DNA from: Candidatus Ozemobacteraceae bacterium
GTDB lineage: Bacteria; Muiribacteriota; Ozemobacteria; Ozemobacterales; Ozemobacteraceae
Direction of reading: 5' to 3'
Length of the DNA: 64,000 bases
Assembly (NCBI GenBank): GCA_965140445.1
Contig: OZ223236.1
Location: 3,840,001 to 3,904,000 of the forward strand
Notes under the pieces: generated by a model
Told to the model about the DNA's origin: nothing
The model's input: only the letters and a program-made list of their open reading frames with translations
Databases searched by the model: none
Part shown: positions 1 through 9,077 of the stretch, piece after piece
Layout: every line of letters begins with the position of its first letter
How positions within the stretch are numbered: the stretch's first letter is position 1
Position numbers and translations under genes: made by a program

Positions 1-1
1 T

Positions 2-226
2 GGTTACAAAAGTGGCGACCAGATAGATAATCATAGCTTTAGAAACATAAAGATCGGTGCCCTCTCAGGAATTGGAACTGTCCACTTTTTCTCCAAACGG
101 GAAATTGTCGCAGAATGGGGTAAAATTGGATTTAGAGAGCTTCAAATTGATTCGATCGAAAGGTCGGATAACAATAGCAAAACCTGGGTAAAGTATTTTG
201 TCGCTCAATCAACAAAACCGGAGTAG
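2..226 (+). CDS. 3' fragment of a gene running in from the window edge, probably a class I SAM-dependent methyltransferase
   Basis: Open frame from base 2 to TAG 224-226 (GYKSGDQIDNHSFRNIKIGALSGIGTVHFFSKREIVAEW...FVAQSTKPE*), 3 nt before trmL. The family call rests only on resemblance to methyltransferase C-termini. Confidence 0.5.
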   Translation, partial: GYKSGDQIDNHSFRNIKIGALSGIGTVHFFSKREIVAEWGKIGFRELQIDSIERSDNNSKTWVKYFVAQSTKPE

Positions 227-229
227 CTT

Positions 230-739
230 ATGTCAAACCAGTCACATTATATTGACGATAATTTTTCCAATATTTCTGTTGCATTAATATGTCCGGAAAT
301 TCCTCAAAACACGGGCAATATCGCACGCCTCTGCAAAGCCACTGGGTGCACTCTTGTATTGGTAAGACCATTGGGCTTCAGACTTACAGATAAAGGGCTT
401 CAACGTGCAGGAATGGATTATTGGAAAGATTTAAACCCAATAATCCTGGATGACATAGAAGAATTTATAGAGTGGTCCAGCAATAAAAGAGTATTTTATC
501 TGTCAGCCCATGGAACAAAGAATTATGCACAGGTTAAATTTCAACCCGGCGATGTATTGGCGTTTGGATCAGAATCTGCAGGGCTTCCCGATCTGATTTT
601 GAAATCGGCAATTGAATCGGATAGCTTAATATCATTGCCTATGGTTAAAGATGCAAGATGCATAAACATAGCGACATCTGTTTCAGCATCGCTGTATGAA
701 GCTTTAAGACAAGTCTATAACTGGTCATCTCCAGAGTAA
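230..739 (+). CDS. trmL: tRNA (cytidine/uridine-34 2'-O)-methyltransferase, SPOUT family
   Basis: PEIPQNTGNIARLC, LGF-L-DK-L-RAGMDYW and FGSESAGLP motifs. Confidence 0.93.
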   Translation: MSNQSHYIDDNFSNISVALICPEIPQNTGNIARLCKATGCTLVLVRPLGFRLTDKGLQRAGMDYWKDLNPIILDDIEEFIEWSSNKRVFYLSAHGTKNYAQVKFQPGDVLAFGSESAGLPDLILKSAIESDSLISLPMVKDARCINIATSVSASLYEALRQVYNWSSPE

Positions 740-1086
740 TCCGGAGCTTCAAAATCTGCTCCGCCGGAGGCATTGCCAGAAAGCTCTTCTTCAGCCATGG
801 CGTCAATTTCGTCGTCCATGTTTTCGCCCATTTCTCTTGCCATGTTTTTAGCCCAGGAAGCAAAAGTTTTTGGATCACTTTCATCTAACCCGGCAAGGCT
901 GGATGGATCTGCCAGTTTCTCCATCAACTCTTCATCAGATCTAAGAACTTTAACTCTGGAAACCAATCTTTTACCATTCTCAGATCCACATTTGACACAG
1001 TTGTGTTTATCGTCTCGCTGGGATATTGGACATAAAACCGTGAATTTTTTGCGACAATCTCCACATAAAAATTCGTAAACAGGCAT
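715..1086 (-). CDS. FmdB-family zinc-ribbon protein
   Basis: MPVYEFLCGDC...CVKCGS...RLVS signature, acidic C-terminal tail, GAGGAG RBS. Overlaps the trmL 3' end convergently. Confidence 0.88.
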   Translation of the reverse strand: MPVYEFLCGDCRKKFTVLCPISQRDDKHNCVKCGSENGKRLVSRVKVLRSDEELMEKLADPSSLAGLDESDPKTFASWAKNMAREMGENMDDEIDAMAEEELSGNASGGADFEAPDYSGDDQL

Positions 1087-1178
1087 TAATTGATCTCCTC
1101 AAAGTATTTCCATCTATGAAAATTATATGTTAAACTTTATTCCATAATCAAGTCGTTATCAACTAATCAGGGGAAAAA

Positions 1179-4100
1179 ATGTCCAAGTCACCCTTAGAAC
1201 TGATTAAAAGTACAGATGATTCTCTCTGGCGAGAGGGACTAAATGTACTTCTGATTCAAAATGATCATGAAGCTTGCGAGGGAATCATTTCCATGCTTTC
1301 TGATAAAGCATGGCATAAACGAGAGGCAGCAGCAAAAGCCCTTATCGAATGGGGGGCTGAACTCACAGGTGCTATAATCAGCCACCTTGATGAGGGAAAT
1401 CAGGACGAATTTTATTGGCTGCTCCATGTACTCGGAAGCTTTGCAAATGAACAGAGTATCCAGACCCTGAAAAAGTTTCTTTCCCACAATGAAGCAGAAA
1501 TCAGGGCTTACGCTATTCGAGCACTTGGAATAAACAATTCTATTGATGCTGCAAGGCCGCTCTATCCAATGCTTAACGATTCCAACTGGGTCGTTCGCAA
1601 ACTTGCATTTGAAAACCTTCTTGAATATGGCGACAAGATTTTAGACGATCTTAGAAAAATGATCTTAAGTCCTTCTAAAGAAACCAATCATTCAGTCATC
1701 GCCTTGTTTATAAAAATTGGTAAGGACGACGTTCTTCAGGAATTGAGAGCCATTTACCAGAAGGGCAACTTTTCATTAAGATATTCAGTCATTTCTTCCC
1801 TAAAAGAACTGGGAACCCCTGCTGCTATTGACTTCTTGATTCAAGGGCTTGCCGATCCTTCATGGGCAATTAGAAAAAAAGCTGGTGAGGAGCTAATAGA
1901 ACTGGGTTCTAAGGTTTTTGACAAGCTTACTGCTGCTTTTAACAAATCGGATTCGCTGATAAAGAATCAGATTATTTCCATATTGGTAGACCTTTTGGGA
2001 GATAAGGCCCTCCCTCTTTTACAAAGACTTTTGACCACCAATGATCATGAATATAAGCTTCTTGCCATTTTAAATCTGTGCCGAATTAAATCAGATGAAG
2101 CTACCATGGCTTTACTCTCAAGTCTTTCAGATCCAAGCAGAATCGTATCAGACTTTGCTTCTGATTGCCTGGCAGAGAAGCCTAACCTGAACATTCAACT
2201 ACTTCTGGATCATCTTTCAACCGAAGATGAAAATCTGAGATTTCAAATAATTAAAATAGTTGGTTCGATTGGTGGCCTTGCTTTAGCTCCAATCATTAAA
2301 ATCCTTGAAAACGGCAACAAACAGGAAAGACTTTTCCTCCTTGGAGTATTACAGAAAATAACGCCTAATCAGGATTTGATTGACGTATTGATTAAACTTT
2401 TGGGGGATAAAAGCTGGCCCGTCAGAAACGGAGCAGCCAATTGCCTTGTCGGATACGGTGAAATTTCTGTTCCTGCAATCGTCAAAGCCCTCAACAACCA
2501 TTCTGAAGACATTCAGTTCTGGTCTAGAAGAGCACTTCTTAACATTGGGCCACGAGCAGTTGCCATTCTTACAGAAATTTTGCAAAACAATTCTGAACCG
2601 GGACTGGTTCCTCATATTGTTGCCGCACTTCTTTCCATGGACCATTCAGATGCCGTTCCCGCAGTTCTGAAGTTCATTGAAAATAACGATGATTTAAGAG
2701 TTCAATCAATTTTTGAAAACATTCCGGCCATCAGATCCAAAGATGTCATAAATACCATCTTGAATCTTTTGTCTCATCACGATGAAAGAGTCGCAAACTG
2801 GCTTTCAATTTTGCTTAACAAAGTAGACGATCCTAATTTGCGCAAAACTGTTTTCCTGGGCTTTTCCCATTCCAACGACAAAGTCAGATACTATGTCAGT
2901 CAGGCAGTGGCTTCCTGGAGAAATATGACAGAAGCAGACCTTAAGGTTGTCACCAGACAAATGCCAGTGGAAAGGTCAAAAGCAAACCTTAGAAACATAG
3001 TTCAAATAATCTCGAAATACCCGTATCCTTCAGTAATTGAAAACATTGAAAGCTTTTTAACATCTTCAGAACCTTCAATAATGCTGGATATGATGTTAAC
3101 CCTTTCTGAGGGCGGAATTCCAGAATTTCTAGAAATGCTAAACCGACTTTTACTTAACAGGTCTGAGGTAATTAATATTGAAGACGTTGATAAAGTAGGG
3201 AAAATCCTCGGAAACGTTTATCGCGATAAACCCGAAGGATTAATACAAGGTCTTAGATCACCATCAATGGCTTACAGACTTTGTTGTATTATTGCTCTTG
3301 AGTCAATTGAAAGTAGAAAAGTTGCATTTGCAATCATGGAAAACCTGCTACAAGATGAAGATCCAATTGTCACAAAAAGGGCTGCAAAGGTATTGGCAGG
3401 GTATTTCTTCCACGACGACTTTAGATTAAAAGGAGCGGTTACCGACTTCCTTCTCAGTCTGGGAAGCATCATTACCGAGCCTTTAACAGAAGTTATTGAA
3501 ACACTCGAGAACGAAATTGATAAAAAGGCTTTGGTAGATCTCATAGAAAGCGTCGGCGGGAAAGTTTCTGACGATATTTTGCGACCAAAAGACGGCAAAA
3601 AAATCGTTCTTTCAGATAATCATCTTGACGATGTTCTCGAAAGAAGAAGAGCAGCACTGGAAGAAATTGAGAAGTATGATGAAATTATTAAAACCACTCA
3701 TACTCAGGATCTTTCAATCATGTTTACCGATGTTAAGGGCTATACAGCTTTTAGCGCAAAAGCATCTCTTTCAGAAGTCATGTCGATGCTCAAACAACAT
3801 GATGAAATTCTAAAGCCTGTTTTTGAGAAATATGGTGGTGAAGCTCTTAAAAAGATCGGTGACGCCTTCCTCGTTGTTTTTGAGAATCACAACAACTCGA
3901 TTCTAGCTGCAATTGAAATTCAAAGACAACTAGAAAGATTCAACCAGAACGTTCCTGAAGAAAGACAGCTTGCAATAAGAATTGCCGTTAACACTGGATC
4001 AGTAATCAGAACAGAAAATGACGTATTGGGTGATTCGGTTAACCTGGCATCAAGGCTAGAGGGCGTTGGAGATGCTTTTGAAATCATTATTTCAGACAAT

Positions 4101-4205
4101 ACCTATGCAGTTATTGATCAGAAGATTTTCGAAATTGAACCCTATGGTGAACACACTCTTAAGGGAATCGACAGAAAAGTAAAATCATACAAAGTTAAAT
4201 GGTAG
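1179..4205 (+). CDS. HEAT-repeat protein fused to a C-terminal class III adenylate cyclase domain
   Basis: About 800 aa of HEAT/PBS-lyase-like repeats (L-x-D-x-x-W-x-V-R), then FTDVKGYT, KKIGDAF, IRIAVNTG and DVLGDSVNLASRLE. Confidence 0.9.
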   Translation: MSKSPLELIKSTDDSLWREGLNVLLIQNDHEACEGIISMLSDKAWHKREAAAKALIEWGAELTGAIISHLDEGNQDEFYWLLHVLGSFANEQSIQTLKKFLSHNEAEIRAYAIRALGINNSIDAARPLYPMLNDSNWVVRKLAFENLLEYGDKILDDLRKMILSPSKETNHSVIALFIKIGKDDVLQELRAIYQKGNFSLRYSVISSLKELGTPAAIDFLIQGLADPSWAIRKKAGEELIELGSKVFDKLTAAFNKSDSLIKNQIISILVDLLGDKALPLLQRLLTTNDHEYKLLAILNLCRIKSDEATMALLSSLSDPSRIVSDFASDCLAEKPNLNIQLLLDHLSTEDENLRFQIIKIVGSIGGLALAPIIKILENGNKQERLFLLGVLQKITPNQDLIDVLIKLLGDKSWPVRNGAANCLVGYGEISVPAIVKALNNHSEDIQFWSRRALLNIGPRAVAILTEILQNNSEPGLVPHIVAALLSMDHSDAVPAVLKFIENNDDLRVQSIFENIPAIRSKDVINTILNLLSHHDERVANWLSILLNKVDDPNLRKTVFLGFSHSNDKVRYYVSQAVASWRNMTEADLKVVTRQMPVERSKANLRNIVQIISKYPYPSVIENIESFLTSSEPSIMLDMMLTLSEGGIPEFLEMLNRLLLNRSEVINIEDVDKVGKILGNVYRDKPEGLIQGLRSPSMAYRLCCIIALESIESRKVAFAIMENLLQDEDPIVTKRAAKVLAGYFFHDDFRLKGAVTDFLLSLGSIITEPLTEVIETLENEIDKKALVDLIESVGGKVSDDILRPKDGKKIVLSDNHLDDVLERRRAALEEIEKYDEIIKTTHTQDLSIMFTDVKGYTAFSAKASLSEVMSMLKQHDEILKPVFEKYGGEALKKIGDAFLVVFENHNNSILAAIEIQRQLERFNQNVPEERQLAIRIAVNTGSVIRTENDVLGDSVNLASRLEGVGDAFEIIISDNTYAVIDQKIFEIEPYGEHTLKGIDRKVKSYKVKW

Positions 4206-4239
4206 CTTAAAAATTAAAGCACCATCCCCCTGGATAAAA

Positions 4240-4277
4240 AAAACGCTTTCATCAGCATAATGTGATGAAAGCGTTTT
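4240..4277. terminator. Bidirectional intrinsic terminator between the convergent cyclase and PilT genes
   Basis: 15-bp inverted repeat aaaacgctttcatca / tgatgaaagcgtttt with A- and T-rich flanks. Confidence 0.8.
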
Positions 4278-4292
4278 CTTTATTATGTATTT

Positions 4293-7088
4293 TTATGGTT
4301 TTCCCTTAACCTGAGGCTTGTCTGAAAATACAGGTTTTCCTACTCCAGGAGCAGCAGAAGCTTCACCTGGTGTTTTGGGGCCGCTACCAGAGATACTTTT
4401 TCCCATCCTGGTCTCAAGTCTTTTCTGGAAATCCTTCTTATCTTCAGCATTTTTCAAGCCATCTTCATAGGTAATTTTTTTCGCAATTACCAGATCTTCG
4501 AGACACTGGTCCATGGTCAACATTCCATCAGCTCTACTGGTCTGCATGATAGAAATGATTTGATCAATTTTGTCTTCCTTGATACATCTTCTGACCGGGA
4601 CAGAACCAACCAACACTTCATAGGCCATTATTCGGCCAGAAGTTAAATAGGCAGGAATCAATCTCTGTGAAACAATCCCGCGCAAAGTACCAGCCAGCTG
4701 CATTCTTATTGACTGTTGAACGTCACCAGGAAAGCTTCCCACCACCCTATGAATAGACTCGTAAGCATTTATCGTATGGAGAGTTGAGAAAACCAGATGC
4801 CCCGTTTCGGAGGCTGCAATAGCAAGATTCATAGTATCAAGGTCACGCATTTCTCCAACCAGAATTACGTCTGGATCTTCACGCAAAGCACTTCTCAAAG
4901 CATTTGAAAACGAAAGAGTATTTGTACCGAGCTCACGCTGGGTAATAACGCTCCTCTTATGAGGATGAACAAATTCAATTGGGTCTTCAATAGTTATCAG
5001 ATGATCATATCTGGTTCGATTAATGTGATCAATCATCGCTGCAAGAGTTGTGGATTTACCAGAACCTGTAGCACCGGTCACAAGAATCAATCCAGATTTA
5101 TGATTACAAACTTTCTCCATGATAGATTTATCAAGAGATAGTTGATCAAACGAAGGAACAGTATTTGGAATAATTCTGAATACTCCAGCCATGCCGTTCT
5201 TTTGCATAAATACGTTTACGCGAAATCGGGCACAATCCGCGACTTCATATGAGAAATCCAGCTCCATGGTTTCATTAAATTCTCTCTTCTGCGGATCATT
5301 CATTATCGAAAAGAGCAAAAACCGACTCTTCTCAGGAGTGATCGTTTCAAAAGTAGTTCTAATCAACTCACCATGTATACGAATACTCGGCGGCAAACCA
5401 ATACTGATATGTAAATCCGAGCCACCCTCTTCATGCAGGTAATAAAGGAGTTCTTTTAAATCGGCAATGTTTTCTTTGTTATATTTTCTTCTAAGAACCC
5501 TGGTTTCAACATTTTCGGGTTTTAACTCTTCAAGAGTTATTTTTTCGAGCTTCAGCACTGAATCAAGCTGATCTTCAGACAACTTTGAAACAAGGCTTAT
5601 CATTCGATCCCGCTCAACATCAGTTGATGAATCGTAAAGATTAATGAAAGATGGAATCCCCACATAATCTCTTCGCTTAAGAATCTCTCTCGACCACCAG
5701 GAGATATCTGAATCCTTATCAAGAGTTGCCGCAACAAGGTCTTTCAGGAAGGCTTTCCTCGGTTGTTTGGAAAGGTTTTCGACTATTGTATGCCTGATCG
5801 ACAGATCTTTATCATTTAGCTTAAGAAGTAAAAGTCCTGCTATAAGCTCAAACTTCTGCAACTTTGAGATTGCTTCAATTGCGCAAGTTCTTACCAGGGT
5901 TTTTCTGGAATTGTCGATTAAAAACAATAAAGGCCGAAGCGCTTCCTTGGAACCGATAATACCTATTACCTTAAGGACCTGAATAATTAAATCTTCATCC
6001 TCAGTATCCAGACAGGACAATAGAGGATCAACAGCATGTACCCCCAGCTGAGAAAGAATTTTCTGGGTGTAGTCCTGAATAAAGACAGATTCATCCTTTA
6101 AATAAGGAATTAAATATGCTACAACCTTCGGCTCTCGAACCTCTGATAGCGCAGTTAAAAGAAAATATTTTGTTTCCTGGGTTGGTTGTCCAAACTTTTC
6201 TTCAAAAAGCTTAACAACATCTAACTCTAAGATTCGACCAAGAAGTATCATTAAACACATCTTGGTTTCCTGTTTAGCTGTTGGGAAAATAGCGAGCAAA
6301 TATTTAACCAGGTCTCTTCCCCAATTGGCAAGCGACTTGGTAGCTTCTTCTCTTACAACCAGAGATTCGTCATCCAATAAAGCCAACAAAGTCTTCATAG
6401 AAGCCTCTGTCTTGATTTCGCCTAGCCCTGCGCAAATGTATGGTCGTAAATTCCCGGCCTTTGTATCGGCTTCTATCATTCTTTGAAATAATGTAAAAGC
6501 CTTTTCCCGGAGTATTAAGGGAATAATTTTTATACATTCATATTTTTGCTGACTTGAGCAATTCATGAAGTATTCTTGAATAATGTTATAAATGCTATCG
6601 CCCTGCTCAATTAAAGCCCTTTTAGCCTGCTTTCTAACAATCCAGCTTGGGTCAGAAATTTTTCCAAGGAGAGCAAGAATTATTTTCTTGTCAGGGTTCC
6701 TTGCCAGTGCTTCAAGAGCGATCTTACGAATCTCATCATTTTCCCTGCTATTTAAAATAGAAAGAAGCTCTTCCTGTTTAATAAAACCAAGTTCAATAAG
6801 AATAAAATGAGACCAGAAACGGACTGTCATGTCATTAGACAGTCGCAAAGCAGGCAAAACATCCTTTAAAACCGTTGGGTAGTTAATAACGGTTTGGACC
6901 GCCTTCTTTTGAATGCTTTCAAATTTTGAAGACAGGGCAATTGGAAGGATATTGGAAATGATTTTTCTTTGTTTTTCTGAAGTCTGAGATTCAAGCAGTG
7001 ACCCGAATTTATCAAGAGCCTGCTCATTATCAAGAAAGTCATGACTACGTAGTTTGTCTTGGAGGCTTAAAAGGATTTCCTCAATCAT
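4293..7088 (-). CDS. pilT: HEAT-repeat protein fused to a PilT-family type IV pilus retraction ATPase
   Basis: About 530 aa of HEAT repeats, then SDLHI, RFRVNVF, Walker A GATGSGKST, EDPIE, LREDPDVILVGEMRD and TGHLVFSTLH. Confidence 0.88.
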   Translation of the reverse strand: MIEEILLSLQDKLRSHDFLDNEQALDKFGSLLESQTSEKQRKIISNILPIALSSKFESIQKKAVQTVINYPTVLKDVLPALRLSNDMTVRFWSHFILIELGFIKQEELLSILNSRENDEIRKIALEALARNPDKKIILALLGKISDPSWIVRKQAKRALIEQGDSIYNIIQEYFMNCSSQQKYECIKIIPLILREKAFTLFQRMIEADTKAGNLRPYICAGLGEIKTEASMKTLLALLDDESLVVREEATKSLANWGRDLVKYLLAIFPTAKQETKMCLMILLGRILELDVVKLFEEKFGQPTQETKYFLLTALSEVREPKVVAYLIPYLKDESVFIQDYTQKILSQLGVHAVDPLLSCLDTEDEDLIIQVLKVIGIIGSKEALRPLLFLIDNSRKTLVRTCAIEAISKLQKFELIAGLLLLKLNDKDLSIRHTIVENLSKQPRKAFLKDLVAATLDKDSDISWWSREILKRRDYVGIPSFINLYDSSTDVERDRMISLVSKLSEDQLDSVLKLEKITLEELKPENVETRVLRRKYNKENIADLKELLYYLHEEGGSDLHISIGLPPSIRIHGELIRTTFETITPEKSRFLLFSIMNDPQKREFNETMELDFSYEVADCARFRVNVFMQKNGMAGVFRIIPNTVPSFDQLSLDKSIMEKVCNHKSGLILVTGATGSGKSTTLAAMIDHINRTRYDHLITIEDPIEFVHPHKRSVITQRELGTNTLSFSNALRSALREDPDVILVGEMRDLDTMNLAIAASETGHLVFSTLHTINAYESIHRVVGSFPGDVQQSIRMQLAGTLRGIVSQRLIPAYLTSGRIMAYEVLVGSVPVRRCIKEDKIDQIISIMQTSRADGMLTMDQCLEDLVIAKKITYEDGLKNAEDKKDFQKRLETRMGKSISGSGPKTPGEASAAPGVGKPVFSDKPQVKGKP

Positions 7089-7213
7089 ATTTTGCTTCTT
7101 TCATGCATTTTGCCTTAAATTATAACAATAATACGTAAAAAGTAAATGATTTGAACCAGAAGAATTTTGTCACAGAACAATTCTTGATAACTTAATTGCT
7201 TAAAAGTAGCTTT

Positions 7214-7927
7214 TTAAGGAGAAATCACAGGCAAGCCCGGTGTTTTTAGCAATGTTTTATTGGTGGTTAGAAAAGATAATGCGCCTCTCTCTAATGTACA
7301 GGAGTAATTCTGAGCAGGAAGATCACCTATGCCTTTAGGTAGTTCAAGTCCCCTTAGCATTGCAGCTTCATTAAAAGGGGCCAACTCAAAAACTCCGTCC
7401 ATAAGCAAAAATTCCCTGACCGATTCAAACTTCTTTCCGCTTTTGCCAACTCTTCGCAAAACCCAGTTACACAAAGGAACTGAAATAATCAGCCCACTTG
7501 CCTGCCTGACCATCCTGAATACTCTTTCTGCACCAGGCGAATCAGCAAGCCATATAAGTAGCGGTTCAGTATCAAGGCCTAATAAATCTTCCACTAAATC
7601 GCTTGAACTTGTAGAAGATAAGGTTTCCTCCAGTTTTAAAATTCCTTTCAGCATCCCTCTGCCACTAATGAATCTATCTCTCCAGTATGGAGAGCGTTCG
7701 CCCATTCGTTCTGAATAAATTGGGCCTCTCCTGTGGTTGAGCCATTCAAAAACCTCGTCTTTTAAAAAGACCGTTTTTCTCCCTGCGTGTCGGGCAAGCC
7801 TTGCGAATTCAGGACGATGATTTGGCGAGCTTGGAGAAATCCATGCTTGAACCGTATGCCTTGAAACCTTTAAAAGCTCAGAAATCTCTTTTAAAGTGAT
7901 TAAATTGTTGAAACTATTTTTTTCCAT
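7214..7927 (-). CDS. AlpA/excisionase-like HTH fused to a degenerate PIN-like domain
   Basis: N-terminus LITLKEISELLKVSRHTVQAW...VFLKDEVFEWL. C-terminus LDTEPLLIWL...IISVP...SFLTTNKTL follows the PIN secondary-structure pattern. Confidence 0.6.
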   Translation of the reverse strand: MEKNSFNNLITLKEISELLKVSRHTVQAWISPSSPNHRPEFARLARHAGRKTVFLKDEVFEWLNHRRGPIYSERMGERSPYWRDRFISGRGMLKGILKLEETLSSTSSSDLVEDLLGLDTEPLLIWLADSPGAERVFRMVRQASGLIISVPLCNWVLRRVGKSGKKFESVREFLLMDGVFELAPFNEAAMLRGLELPKGIGDLPAQNYSCTLERGALSFLTTNKTLLKTPGLPVISP

Positions 7928-8158
7928 TTTAACTTTTTAATTCCTATTCAATATGTAACAATATTTTATAAGTTTTTGCAACATGTTTTTAAAACAGCTG
8001 CCAAAGCGGATTTCAAGAGCTTCTCCTTTTATTGCTAAACCAGACTATAATTGAAACTTAAGCGCACCTTCACTCCTTATCACATGATTTAAAGACGGTT
8101 TCACAGATTTTTCAACTCTAAATGCTTTTCAGTACTGGCATAAGCGGTCCCTTTTTTC

Positions 8159-8187
8159 TTGACGTAAAAGCAAATTTCCATTAAAAT
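8159..8187 (+). promoter_or_regulatory. sigma70-type promoter of the rpsB operon
   Basis: TTGACG-17 bp-TAAAAT; GGAGG RBS at 8220-8224. Confidence 0.7.
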
Positions 8188-8231
8188 AACCGAACTAACT
8201 TAAATCAGGAATTTTTTTCGGAGGTTTTCCC

Positions 8232-9038
8232 ATGGCTTTGGTTTCAATGAAAAACTTGCTGGAAGCTGGTGTACATTTCGGACATCAGACTAGAAGATGG
8301 AATCCTAAAATGGCTCGTTACATCTTCACCAGCCGCAACGGAATTTATATTATCGATCTTCAGAAAACTACCAAGCTCCTTGATGAAGCTTGTGACTTTA
8401 TTAAAAGCGTAGTAAGAGAAGGAAAATCAATCCTTTTCGTGAGCACTAAAAGACAGGCTCAGGAAATTATTAAAAGCGAAGCTGAACGCTGTGGAATGCA
8501 TTTTGTAAACTACAGATGGCTTGGTGGAATGCTTACAAACCACGTTACAATTGAAAAAAGAATTGTACGCCTCAAAGAATTGGATGAACTTATTGATAGC
8601 GGTAAGATCGAATCTTATCCTAAAAAAGAAGCTTCCAAAATGAAAAAAGAACGCGAAAAACTTGATCGTGCTCTTGGTGGAATCAAAAACCTTAAAGGTA
8701 TGCCTGGCGCGATTTTTATCATCGATCCACACAAAGAAGCAATCGCTATTGCTGAAGCCAAAAAAGTTGGAATCCCAATAGTAGCTGTTGTTGATACAAA
8801 CTGTGATCCTGATGAAATAGATTATGTTATCCCTGGAAACGATGATGCTATCAGAGCAGTTAAACTTGTTACCAGCCTCATTTCAGACTCAATTCTTGAA
8901 TCACTCGAAGGAAAATCTTTCGAAGATACAAAAGCTGAAGCTGATGATAAAGCTGAATTAGAAGCTGCTGTTGAAGAAGTAACTCCAGAAAAGAAAGAAA
9001 TTGCAGAAAACGAAACTGAAAAGCTCGTTATTGAATAA
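8232..9038 (+). CDS. rpsB: 30S ribosomal protein S2
   Basis: [38 protein letters not shown]. Confidence 0.99.
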   Translation: MALVSMKNLLEAGVHFGHQTRRWNPKMARYIFTSRNGIYIIDLQKTTKLLDEACDFIKSVVREGKSILFVSTKRQAQEIIKSEAERCGMHFVNYRWLGGMLTNHVTIEKRIVRLKELDELIDSGKIESYPKKEASKMKKEREKLDRALGGIKNLKGMPGAIFIIDPHKEAIAIAEAKKVGIPIVAVVDTNCDPDEIDYVIPGNDDAIRAVKLVTSLISDSILESLEGKSFEDTKAEADDKAELEAAVEEVTPEKKEIAENETEKLVIE

Positions 9039-9077
9039 TAATATTTGAATATTTGACATATTCGAAAGGTGGAAACT

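Noticed and set aside
7214..7927. Excisionase marking a prophage or ICE
   Set aside because: No integrase, att-like repeats or phage genes nearby; the flanks are chromosomal.
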